Shown: piece after piece, positions 1-8,688 of the stretch
Position numbering within the stretch: position 1 is the first letter of the stretch
Layout: every line of letters begins with the position of its first letter
NCBI GenBank assembly: GCA_964621445.1
Contig: CAZUNO010000017.1
Location: 1-62,074 of the forward strand
Direction of reading: 5' to 3'
DNA length: 62,074 nt
Origin: Candidatus Hadarchaeota archaeon
GTDB lineage: Archaea; CAYQAE01; CAYVLA01
The notes under the pieces: model-generated
The model's input: the letters and a program-made list of their open reading frames with translations, nothing else
Told to the model about the DNA's origin: nothing
The model's database searches: none
Position numbers and translations under genes: made by a program

Positions 1-71
1 ACCTGGGATACGATATCGAAGAGGTTTTCGATGCCGTGAAAAAGGAGTTGGAGGCAAGGAATAAAGATTAA
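1..71 (+). CDS. 3' end of an upstream gene (partial, unknown product)
   Basis: Frame open from the window edge: LGYDIEEVFDAVKKELEARNKD-stop (TAA 69-71), converging on the next gene's stop. Confidence 0.4.
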   Translation, partial: LGYDIEEVFDAVKKELEARNKD

Positions 72-1417
72 GCTTCTACAGGGGTTCCATTTTGATCTTT
101 TCGACCTTTCACTGACATTTCTGGACTCCAGGACCAGTTTTCTCTACCTGGTATATCTATATTGAATACTGATCTAGTAAGTCTCTGGTTAGCCATTTTG
201 TCAATCTTGATGTTGATCTCATCCTTTATTCCGGATGAATCGGCGGTGCGTTCTGCATGAATGATTCCATCAAAGAGTTCCTCCAAGGTTGAAATCGCTC
301 CTTCATCCTTGATGTAATAGGGGTTTAAAGAAAAGAGAACCGTATATCCGCTTTTCCTGAAGTCATCGATTATCTCCATTAGATCGAGGTAAATCTTTTC
401 CACCGTCTGGAAAACCAGATAGGTTGGTAAGATATCAACAACTGCTCTCTTTGGATTTTCGATATCCTTTTCCATTCCCCTGGATATGGCGACGCTAACA
501 ACGCTCATTTCTATGGGACTAGTAATTACATTTCCACTCCTTTTGATGGTGTCGACCTCTTCTACTCTGTTTGTATAGCAGTCCACAATGGTCAAATCCC
601 TTGAAAGCTCACCAAATTGTCTTTTGATATTTTCTGGGGGCTGGGCTGAAGTGACATAGAGACAGGAGTGGTTCTTGGATAAACCAGTGCCAATAAAGGA
701 ATTCAATATAAGGTTTCTTTCATCTGAGGGCGGTCCACATATTAGGATAGCTGACTGCTTAGGATAACCTCCGTCCATCATTAAGTCGAGTTGTGATAGT
801 CCTGATGAGACCTTATGGCTGAAAATACCCTTTCCTAATCGATCGAGTAAACCGTACTTGATGAGGATCTCCTTATTTTTATTGATGATTTGTCCAACTC
901 TATTCCTAATAATAAGGTCCGTTTCCTTTTTGCTAGTTCTTCCGGCAATGGAGACGCTTTCCTTTACCAGAAAATCAACGAGATCGACAAAGCCTTGTTT
1001 TGTAGACTCGGAAACCTGAAAAATTGGCACAACACGATGGTCTATGTGAAAACTTCCATCATTTTTTTGCTCTAGGTAATTGAAGAGCTCCTCCTTCTCG
1101 GAAATTTCGGAGATTTTTTGGTTTATTTTGCGGGAGCCCTGTACAGCAACGACAGGCCTGGCAAGTTCTTGAATCATTTGTCCTAACACGCCCAAAAGCC
1201 TGTATGAGTCTGATGGCATAGGCAAACCCAATTCGAATTCTGCAGTGCTTGATATTTTCTCCATCCTTCTCGTGAAAATTTCGGACCATAAAATCAAAGG
1301 AGGAAAGACTAGTGATAGAACTAGGTAGAATTTAGCTCCTACATCAACTGAAAAGGTACTTTGTAACATGTAATACAGAAGACCGAATGAAAGGATTCCC
1401 GAAAGGTTAATTGGCAC
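68..1417 (-). CDS. Membrane-anchored KaiC/RAD55-like ATPase with degenerate Walker A (probably the C-terminal part of a frameshifted gene)
   Basis: SSGLSQLDLMMDGGYP, ICGPPSDERN (GKT lost), AVVDIL, LEELFDGII, IDKM; hydrophobic N-terminus; frame stays open upstream to 1555. Confidence 0.75.
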   Translation of the reverse strand: MPINLSGILSFGLLYYMLQSTFSVDVGAKFYLVLSLVFPPLILWSEIFTRRMEKISSTAEFELGLPMPSDSYRLLGVLGQMIQELARPVVAVQGSRKINQKISEISEKEELFNYLEQKNDGSFHIDHRVVPIFQVSESTKQGFVDLVDFLVKESVSIAGRTSKKETDLIIRNRVGQIINKNKEILIKYGLLDRLGKGIFSHKVSSGLSQLDLMMDGGYPKQSAILICGPPSDERNLILNSFIGTGLSKNHSCLYVTSAQPPENIKRQFGELSRDLTIVDCYTNRVEEVDTIKRSGNVITSPIEMSVVSVAISRGMEKDIENPKRAVVDILPTYLVFQTVEKIYLDLMEIIDDFRKSGYTVLFSLNPYYIKDEGAISTLEELFDGIIHAERTADSSGIKDEINIKIDKMANQRLTRSVFNIDIPGRENWSWSPEMSVKGRKDQNGTPVEA

Positions 1418-1521
1418 GTGAAGAAGATGGAGTCTATTATTTGTCTTCTTCCAAACAGTAAGGGCCTGGATTATGCCGGCCGAGCATACAATAGCAGTTC
1501 CAGCACCTAGGATTAGAGGGG

Positions 1522-1905
1522 CTATTTGGATTTTATTCCCCTCCTTGAAATGTATCTAAATAAAAGAGAGGAAGACCCAATTAGAAAAACAATTCCAGAA
1601 AGGAGCAGTATTGAGCCCGCATAGACCGAAGTAAGGTTTGGTTGAATAAAACCCCAGCAAGTCAATATATTACCAAAAGCCAAAATGCAAAGACCTATAC
1701 TGTAACCATTTCTTATTTTTGGCAGTCCTCCCATCATGGCATCATTCTTTCTATACAAGACAACCGAATAGAAAGGGCTTATTGTTGCGATTCCTGCCAA
1801 TATTACAAGGGGAATTTCTGGGCTGCCTAGAAATAGCCAAGTGAAACAAGCGCCTAAGATTCCCAATATGATTAAGCCGGGGGCCTTAATTATAGATAAA
1901 TCCAA
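1522..1905 (-). CDS. Multi-pass membrane protein (probably the N-terminal part of the 68-1417 gene)
   Basis: 127 aa with about four hydrophobic segments; its end overlaps the open frame of the downstream ORF. Confidence 0.65.
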   Translation of the reverse strand: MDLSIIKAPGLIILGILGACFTWLFLGSPEIPLVILAGIATISPFYSVVLYRKNDAMMGGLPKIRNGYSIGLCILAFGNILTCWGFIQPNLTSVYAGSILLLSGIVFLIGSSSLLFRYISRRGIKSK

Positions 1906-2326
1906 ATTTTTGCACCTTTATCAAAGCTTAACAAGATTAATACTATAATAATAGTGATATTTTCATATTTATATGTTTCGATTGCATATTTATTCTTTTG
2001 ATCTCGATTTGGTGCAAAGTATTTGATAGATGGATGTTTAAATAATTACTCGTCTTTAATATCTTCCATAGATTGAAATTCTGGTAAGAATTTGCCTATC
2101 TTGAAGCATAAGAAATGATTAATGGCCAACAAATATCGGATGATAGTTTTGAAAATGAGAAAATGCTGAAAAAAGGGGGAATTGATAAAAAAATGAACAT
2201 TTCCTTCCTTGTATTTATCAGCAATATATGAAATCATGGATATTTTTTGAAAATAATACCATATACAGTATAATTTTTCTTTTCAGAAATATTTATATTA
2301 TATCATTTAATTTTAATTAGGGATCT

Positions 2327-3211
2327 ATGGACACCGTTTCGGTGGGTTTTTCATCAACATTGGGGGCGCTATTTTCCCTAGCTCTGGATAGGTTGAGATA
2401 TAGCCATATGTATAGCACAATGGGCTTATTGGGTATACTAATTTCCATGAAAGGTCCCGGATTCGCTATTCTAAAAGTTTTGAATGTGGTTCCCATTACA
2501 ATAGTAACCACTGGTTTGTATATTCTTAATGATGTGTATGATTTGGAAATTGATAGAATTTCTCATCCTGAAAGAGCACTGCCCAGCGGAGATATTTCCC
2601 AGAAGGCGGCTAAGATTGCCTCAAGCGTGCTGATGATTGGGGGAACTGGTACGGCATTTGCCATAAATCCTAATTCTGGAATATTAATCGGAACGATTGC
2701 CATATTTGGTGTTTTGTATTCCGTTCCCCCGATTAGATTAAGGCGATTCCCAGTTGTGCCTAGTATGATTATAGGGTTTTTCGTTTTCCTCTCTTTCCTT
2801 GCGGGATATACTTCTCTAGGGGCCCCCATCGAAGCAGAAATCATTCTTGGGGGCATGTTGCTGTGGGCTATGTTCATTGGGTGTAGTTTGGCTAAGGATT
2901 TGGGAGATGTTCAGGGTGATAAAAGTGCGGGAGTTAATACATTGCCAACTCTGCTTGGTTTTGACAAAGGATTCAGAATAACTTCGATAATGGTCTATAG
3001 CGCCTTTGCATTTCCAATTATCTTAATTTTTGTATTGGATTTGCCACTTTTCTTTATACCATTAATTGCATTCCTGTTACTCGTGGAAATATTCGTTTTG
3101 GAAAGATTTCGAAATACTAGAGGCGAACCAGAATCGGATAGATGGTATGGGTTAGCATTCGCTCAATTTGTTCTCGTTCAGATATCCTTAATTTTTGCTG
3201 CTTTAGTATAG
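2327..3211 (+). CDS. UbiA-family prenyltransferase
   Basis: NDVYDLEIDR..HPERALPSG and KDLGDVQGD aspartate-rich motifs; multiple TM helices. Confidence 0.9.
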   Translation: MDTVSVGFSSTLGALFSLALDRLRYSHMYSTMGLLGILISMKGPGFAILKVLNVVPITIVTTGLYILNDVYDLEIDRISHPERALPSGDISQKAAKIASSVLMIGGTGTAFAINPNSGILIGTIAIFGVLYSVPPIRLRRFPVVPSMIIGFFVFLSFLAGYTSLGAPIEAEIILGGMLLWAMFIGCSLAKDLGDVQGDKSAGVNTLPTLLGFDKGFRITSIMVYSAFAFPIILIFVLDLPLFFIPLIAFLLLVEIFVLERFRNTRGEPESDRWYGLAFAQFVLVQISLIFAALV

Positions 3212-3224
3212 ATAAGATCGAATT

Positions 3225-3686
3225 TCATACGGCCCTTCTTATCCCCTTCCCCTTAGCAACCTCGTCGAAAACCTCGAATTCGGCCTTCTTAACCCCAGAC
3301 CTGGATTCCATCTCCGAGACGAAGTCCTGCAGATCGCTCATGGACTTGAAAACGCAAATCAGGGCCATCTCCCCGTCAATTATACCCACGAATTGAACCG
3401 TGGGCATGTCCCCAAGGGCCTCCGAGAGCTCGTCAATCATCTTACTCTCCATATCATCGACCAGGAACTCCTCTATCTCAAGCCTAATCAGGGAGAACAC
3501 CTGGTATCCCAACACGTCGGGGTCGAACAGGGTCGTGAACTGGCCTATTATCCCCTCGTCCATCATCTTCTCGATCCTGAACTTGATCGTGGTGACCGGA
3601 ATGTCAAGCTCCTTGCTAATGTCCGTTAAACTAATTCGGGCATCCCTATCCAAACATTTCAAAATCCTTTCGTCCCGCTCGTCCAT
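3225..3686 (-). CDS. Lrp/AsnC family transcriptional regulator
   Basis: MDERDERILKCLDRDARISLTDISKEL..RIEKMMDEGII HTH plus C-terminal RAM-like domain; start placed at ATG 3686. Confidence 0.92.
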   Translation of the reverse strand: MDERDERILKCLDRDARISLTDISKELDIPVTTIKFRIEKMMDEGIIGQFTTLFDPDVLGYQVFSLIRLEIEEFLVDDMESKMIDELSEALGDMPTVQFVGIIDGEMALICVFKSMSDLQDFVSEMESRSGVKKAEFEVFDEVAKGKGIRRAV

Positions 3687-3809
3687 GCACATCACACCCT
3701 TCAACATATTGTCTCAAATTCATATATTACTAACGGATGTTAAAGATTATGCAATGCAATTTATAAATACTGTGGCCCAACTGGGTTTGGATCTTCGGAG
3801 GACGTAAAA

Positions 3810-4529
3810 ATGGAGATAGAAAGGATTGAAACGGGGATCAAGGAGTTGGATGACCTTATAGAGGGAGGATTTCCCTCCAACTCCTCCGTTCTGGTAAGTG
3901 GTCCCTCAGGCACCGGAAAGACGATTTTTTGTATTCAATACCTTATGCATGGAGCTGAAAAAGGCGACAAATGCCTCTATGTGGCACTCGAGGAACGGCC
4001 CAGGGACGTGAGAAGGGAGATGACCCGTTTCGGATGGGATCTCTCCAAGGCCGAGGAGGAGGGCAACCTGTTCATGCTGGACGTGGCCAACCCCCGTGCC
4101 AGATTGCCTAGCAGGGAGAAATACTCCATCCAGACCGAGTTCACCGTGGAGACCTTTGCCAACAAGATTTACGAGATGATAACCGAGAACGATATCAAAA
4201 GGGTAGTCATCGATTCCCTGCCCGCCCTGACCTTCCATTTCGGGGATTTCGGGGAGATAAGGAACGCCATTCACGAGATAAACAACCTGCTATTAGAACT
4301 GGAGTGCACGGTGATCCTGGTCAGCGAGACCACCGACTTCAACAAGGGCGTGAGCCGATTCGGGGTGGAGGAGTTCGTGGCCAGCGGAGTCATAGTCATG
4401 ACCTACGCCGAGACCGGGTCCAAGATGACCAAGAACCTGATGGTGCTCAAGATGAGGGGCACCAAGCATGCGGTCAACAAGTACCCGTACCAGATTGGGG
4501 AAGATGGCATAGAGCTTCAGATAGTCTGA
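3810..4529 (+). CDS. Single-domain KaiC/GvpD/RAD55 family ATPase
   Basis: TGIKELD..GG, GPSGTGKT, LEE, VVIDS, GVEEFVASGVI, LKMRGTKH. Confidence 0.93.
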   Translation: MEIERIETGIKELDDLIEGGFPSNSSVLVSGPSGTGKTIFCIQYLMHGAEKGDKCLYVALEERPRDVRREMTRFGWDLSKAEEEGNLFMLDVANPRARLPSREKYSIQTEFTVETFANKIYEMITENDIKRVVIDSLPALTFHFGDFGEIRNAIHEINNLLLELECTVILVSETTDFNKGVSRFGVEEFVASGVIVMTYAETGSKMTKNLMVLKMRGTKHAVNKYPYQIGEDGIELQIV

Positions 4530-4538
4530 TGGGGAGTC

Positions 4539-5492
4539 ATGACCAAGATATACCTGTTCAGGGCCGATGTTGCCGCTTACTGCGACGATGCCGAGGTCCT
4601 GTTGCAGGAGATCAAAGAGGAATACCCGGAGAAGATATCTCTCCAGATCTTCGATGTAGAGAGGGACCAGCGTATAGCCAGGAAGTTTGGGGTTACCAAG
4701 GTCCCCACCCTGATCATCGATGAATCGCTACGGTTCACCAAGGTCCCCACCAGGGACGAGATTCTACACGTCATCAACGTAAAGCGGAAAAGGATACCCA
4801 CGGGCATAGGGTTCGTGGACGCCATGACCAGGGGAGGGCTGTGTCGCGGGGACAGCGTTCTGGTAGAGGGGGATGTTGGAGCCGGGAAAACCAGTTTCTG
4901 TGTCCAGGTAGCCGCCAAGGCGGTAAAGGAGGGCATGAACGCGGTCTACATCTGCACCAACGAAACCCCGGACGAGATAAGGGAGAAACTAGCCACCATC
5001 GAGGACGCCCACACGGCGGTAAAGGTGCGCATGGTTGACCTCTATTCCTGGAGGTTAGGCGAGATATACGCCGGAAAGGAGGAGTACGCCACCGAAAACA
5101 TAACCGACCTGGCCAAGCTCCTGGCGGTGATAAACAAGGCCATAAAGGAGGAGGAGCCGGGAAACTGCGTCCTGTTCCTGGACTCGGTATCCGAGCTGCT
5201 TCTGCACAACGAGCTCGAGGACGTGGTCTACTTCTGCGAGAGGCTATCGGCCAGGCTCAAGACCAACAGGACCACCGGGGTCTACATCCTGGAGGACATA
5301 CACCCCTCCGAGTATCGGGAGACCATGCGCTTCCTGGCCAACGAGATATACGAGCTCAGGCTGGAAAGGCAGGACGAGCTGCGAAGGAAATTCAGGGTCT
5401 ACAAGACCAGGCTCGGCGACCACGCCAAACACTGGGTCCTCTACCAGATAACGGGCAGGGGCCTGGTCACCGAGGAGCCCTTCCGTCGTTAG
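4539..5492 (+). CDS. Thioredoxin/KaiB-fold domain fused to a KaiC-like ATPase
   Basis: N-terminal ~80 aa with AAYC, FDVERDQRIARKFGVTKVPTLII; then PTGIGFVD..GG, GDVGAGKT, LFLDS, VYKTR. Confidence 0.85.
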   Translation: MTKIYLFRADVAAYCDDAEVLLQEIKEEYPEKISLQIFDVERDQRIARKFGVTKVPTLIIDESLRFTKVPTRDEILHVINVKRKRIPTGIGFVDAMTRGGLCRGDSVLVEGDVGAGKTSFCVQVAAKAVKEGMNAVYICTNETPDEIREKLATIEDAHTAVKVRMVDLYSWRLGEIYAGKEEYATENITDLAKLLAVINKAIKEEEPGNCVLFLDSVSELLLHNELEDVVYFCERLSARLKTNRTTGVYILEDIHPSEYRETMRFLANEIYELRLERQDELRRKFRVYKTRLGDHAKHWVLYQITGRGLVTEEPFRR

Positions 5493-5661
5493 GACAAAGA
5501 AATTAAGGACCTAGGCATAGATTTATTTGAGAAACTCGCATTGAGTTGCCCTTCAGCAGTGGGATTTTCTGATTTAAGGTGCGAAAGAGTTATTAACATC
5601 GCATATTTCTTTGCTATTAGATAACTTTTCACCGATTAACCCGATAGCCTGGTGAAACCTT

Positions 5662-6387
5662 ATGGAAAGAGTGAAGACCGGCATACCAGCACTGGACGAG
5701 ATCCTCGGAGGAGGGTTTCCCAGAAGCAGTACCATACTCATATCAGGCGACTCGGGCACCGGAAAGACCATCTTCTGCATGCAATACCTATACCATGGTG
5801 CCACCCAGGAGGACGAGCCGGGAGTGATGGTAACCTTCGAGGAGAGACCGGACGATCTCAGGCGGGAATGTAAGCAGTTCGGCTGGGACCTGGAGCCCCT
5901 GGAGGAACAGGGAAAGCTGGCCATCGTGGATGTCACCTCAACCCGGTCCGGTGCCCCCAGCCGCGAGCGTTACGTGGCTCCCAAAGATATGGGCGTGGAG
6001 TCCCTAATCACCACCGTTTACCAGATCGGGAAGGAGATCGACGCGGAGAGGGTGGGAATAGACTCCATACCGGCCCTGGGGCTGATGTACGAGGACAGGG
6101 GCGAGCTTCGTCGAAATCTGTTCAAGCTCTCCAACCTTCTGCTAGAGATGGGGGTCACCGCCCTGATGACCACCGAGAAGCCCATGGGTAACTACCTTGG
6201 AACCTATGGTTTTGAGGAGTATCTAACCCGAGGAGTGATCGCCCTCTCCATGGAGGAGCAGAACGGCAAGCTGAGGCGCAGCCTTCTAGTGCGAAAGATG
6301 CGGGAGACAAGCCACTCCATGTCCAGGTATCCCTTCGATATCACCGGGAAGGGCATAGAGATAACCCCCTCCGGAAGCCTGGTTTGA
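5662..6387 (+). CDS. Single-domain KaiC/GvpD/RAD55 family ATPase
   Basis: TGIPALD..GGG, GDSGTGKT, FEE, VGIDS, YGFEEYLTRGVI, RKMRETSH. Confidence 0.93.
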   Translation: MERVKTGIPALDEILGGGFPRSSTILISGDSGTGKTIFCMQYLYHGATQEDEPGVMVTFEERPDDLRRECKQFGWDLEPLEEQGKLAIVDVTSTRSGAPSRERYVAPKDMGVESLITTVYQIGKEIDAERVGIDSIPALGLMYEDRGELRRNLFKLSNLLLEMGVTALMTTEKPMGNYLGTYGFEEYLTRGVIALSMEEQNGKLRRSLLVRKMRETSHSMSRYPFDITGKGIEITPSGSLV

Positions 6388-6464
6388 TTTCAAAAGGTTC
6401 CGAAACCTTCCCTTTGGGAAAAATGGAAGAACACGGTTGCGGATCTAACCACTGAGCCGATAAC

Positions 6465-7184
6465 ATGAGGATGCCAAGAACCGGAATTTTATTTGCCATC
6501 GCACCCCTTTCCCTGGCATTGGACCTCCTGACGGCGTCCTGGAACCGTGCCTATGACCTGGTCGGCCACCTACCCCTGGTGGACGGTTTGGCCAGGAGCT
6601 GGATGGACTGGACCGCCGGACTGGTTACCGGGGTTGGCAAGACCAACCTACTTCTCGCCTACGGGGCCACCGTAGCGATTTTCGGCGTTACGGGCTACGT
6701 CTCGCTGAAGAAAAACCTACAAGAGGGCCATAGGAAAAAGGCCAGTGCGCATAGCAGTAAATCCCGGGATCCAGAGCCCGAGCCGGGAGGTCTAGGCGAG
6801 ATACTTGAGGGGGCTCGATTCCCCATTTCCAGCCGAAAACAGATGCTGGCGGCCCTTTCGGGCAAGAAGAGGAAGATATCGACCGATTTGGGCCCACTGC
6901 CCGCGGTGGAGATCGCGGACCGGTGCTTCTCTAGGTCTGATAGTTTCTCGAACCGGGAGCAGGTGATCCGGGCCCTGGCCACCTCAACCTGGAAGGGAGT
7001 GATCATGGACTCCATTCAGATGATGCCCTTCCCGGTAGAGGAGGATAGGGAGCTGCGAAGAAGGCTCAAGGGCAGGTTCATAAACGGACGACCCGCCGAG
7101 GAGCTGGTTGACGGTCTGGATTACCCCATTTCAAACCCCTCCCAACTCCTGATCGCCATGTCATCAGTGATGGAAGAGAAGTAA
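6465..7184 (+). CDS. Membrane-anchored hypothetical protein with tandem MTH865-like domains
   Basis: TM segment LLLAYGATVAIFGVTGYVSL; repeated FPISSRKQMLAAL / FPVEEDRELRRRL / YPISNPSQLL. Confidence 0.65.
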   Translation: MRMPRTGILFAIAPLSLALDLLTASWNRAYDLVGHLPLVDGLARSWMDWTAGLVTGVGKTNLLLAYGATVAIFGVTGYVSLKKNLQEGHRKKASAHSSKSRDPEPEPGGLGEILEGARFPISSRKQMLAALSGKKRKISTDLGPLPAVEIADRCFSRSDSFSNREQVIRALATSTWKGVIMDSIQMMPFPVEEDRELRRRLKGRFINGRPAEELVDGLDYPISNPSQLLIAMSSVMEEK

Positions 7185-7307
7185 TTCATTTGTATAAACC
7201 GGTTTAGATCCCGGCGAAGGTCATTCACTCGCTATTGAAATCTTGAATCTGAATCTCGACCAACTTTTTTAATATACGAAGTACCAGCTTCCACTCGGGA
7301 AAACTAG

Positions 7308-7859
7308 TTGTCATTTCTGAGAAGAGGAAAAGATGAGGAGGAACAGGAGAACGAGCGCCGGGAAGGGACTGTCGGAGCCCGTCTTCTGGATCCCGTGGAT
7401 GCGGAATACGCAGACATCATGCTGGAGCTTGGCGAGAAGGACAGGGTAATGGACATAGTTGATCATGCCTATCGCCGAAAATCGGAGAGGGGCGAGTCCC
7501 TTTTCTCTCCCCAGGAGCATCAGCACGTGGAGGACCTCATAGAGAGGGGGGATCATGAGAAGGCCCTCAGCATGGTTGAGGACGCGTACAAATCCAGGGC
7601 CAAGGAGGAGAGGAAGCTACTTTCGGATATAGATAGGGAGTACGTGGACCTCCTAATGGCCATGGGGGAGACGGATAAGGCAAAAAGATTTGTACAGGAT
7701 ATCTATTCCCGGAGAAAAACCAGGAAGAGGGACCACCTCCTTTCCACCGCGGAACGGGAATACGTGGAGTTCCTGATAAAGCTCGGGGAGACCGAGAGGG
7801 CCCGACTCACCGTTGAAGCCGCCTACGAGGAGACGGTGGGCTCCCGGGCAGATGAGTGA
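7308..7859 (+). CDS. Hypothetical helical-repeat protein (4 x ~39 aa)
   Basis: Four internal repeats LL(S/D)..(D/E).EYV..L...GE.(D/E)(K/R)A...V..AY. Confidence 0.8.
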   Translation: MSFLRRGKDEEEQENERREGTVGARLLDPVDAEYADIMLELGEKDRVMDIVDHAYRRKSERGESLFSPQEHQHVEDLIERGDHEKALSMVEDAYKSRAKEERKLLSDIDREYVDLLMAMGETDKAKRFVQDIYSRRKTRKRDHLLSTAEREYVEFLIKLGETERARLTVEAAYEETVGSRADE

Positions 7860-7943
7860 GGCGTCTTGTGCTAACTGGCAGAACCATGCCGGCTAACCCT
7901 ATCTATTTAAGGCATTTCCGGCCACGGTTTAAACGGTGTCTTA

Positions 7944-8684
7944 TTGGATCTTGAAATAACCGAGGAAAAGCAGCCACCCGAGAACTCCAAGGTCATAATC
8001 GGTGTGCCCGATTCGGGCCTGGTTGGACTAATCTCATCGACCTTTCTGGTCGACCAGCTTGATATGGAGGAGATAGCCTCCTTCGAGTCCGATCTCTTCC
8101 CCCCGGTGGTCGTGCTCCACGACGGGGTTCCCAAATCCCCCATGAGGGCCTACGCCAAGGACGACCTGGTGGTAGTGGTATCTGAGACGGCATTGAAGCT
8201 CGACGCGATGAGAAAGGTCATGAGACAGGTCATAGGGTGGGTTGATGATATAGAGGGCTCGACCTCGGTCGGCCTGACCGGCGCCCCGGCCCCCAACAGG
8301 GTGGATATAGACACCCCCAAGGTCTACGGGGTGACGGTCAATATGAATGACGACGACATATTCTCCAGCCTGGGAGTAGACCAGCTCCAGGAGGCAATGC
8401 TGGCCGGCCCCTACGCCATGATCCTGGAGTACTGCCGGAAGTCAAAGCTGCCCAACCTCACCCTTTTATCCCAGTCACACATGAAGTATCCCGACCCCGG
8501 TGCCTCGGCCCAGGCACTAAAGGCCGTCTCCGGCTACCTGGACCGGGAGATCGATGTGGCGCCCCTCATGGAGAAGGCAGAGGAGATCAGGGTCAAGATG
8601 AGGGACCTCATGAAAAGCACCCAGAGGGTCATGAAGGACTCGGACAAGGAGAGGGAGTACGAACTTCCATCCATGTACAGGTGA
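7944..8684 (+). CDS. Proteasome assembly chaperone, PAC2/Pba family
   Basis: IIGVPDSGLVGLI, PMRAY, YPDPGASA; C-terminal HbYX motif (MYR). Confidence 0.9.
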   Translation: MDLEITEEKQPPENSKVIIGVPDSGLVGLISSTFLVDQLDMEEIASFESDLFPPVVVLHDGVPKSPMRAYAKDDLVVVVSETALKLDAMRKVMRQVIGWVDDIEGSTSVGLTGAPAPNRVDIDTPKVYGVTVNMNDDDIFSSLGVDQLQEAMLAGPYAMILEYCRKSKLPNLTLLSQSHMKYPDPGASAQALKAVSGYLDREIDVAPLMEKAEEIRVKMRDLMKSTQRVMKDSDKEREYELPSMYR

Positions 8685-8688
8685 TAAT

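Larger units (their letters stand above)
68..3220. other. Low-GC islet
   Basis: Visibly AT-rich sequence and codon usage, with an abrupt switch to GC-rich sequence at about 3225. Confidence 0.7.

Noticed and set aside
2046-2237. 63-aa ORF in the AT-rich spacer
   Set aside because: Low-complexity F/I/K-rich translation typical of chance ORFs in a divergent promoter region
3810-6387. A true cyanobacterial-type circadian clock (kaiABC)
   Set aside because: All ATPases are single-domain, with CI-like EEF/EEY segments and no CII Ser-Thr phosphosite pair; no KaiA is present
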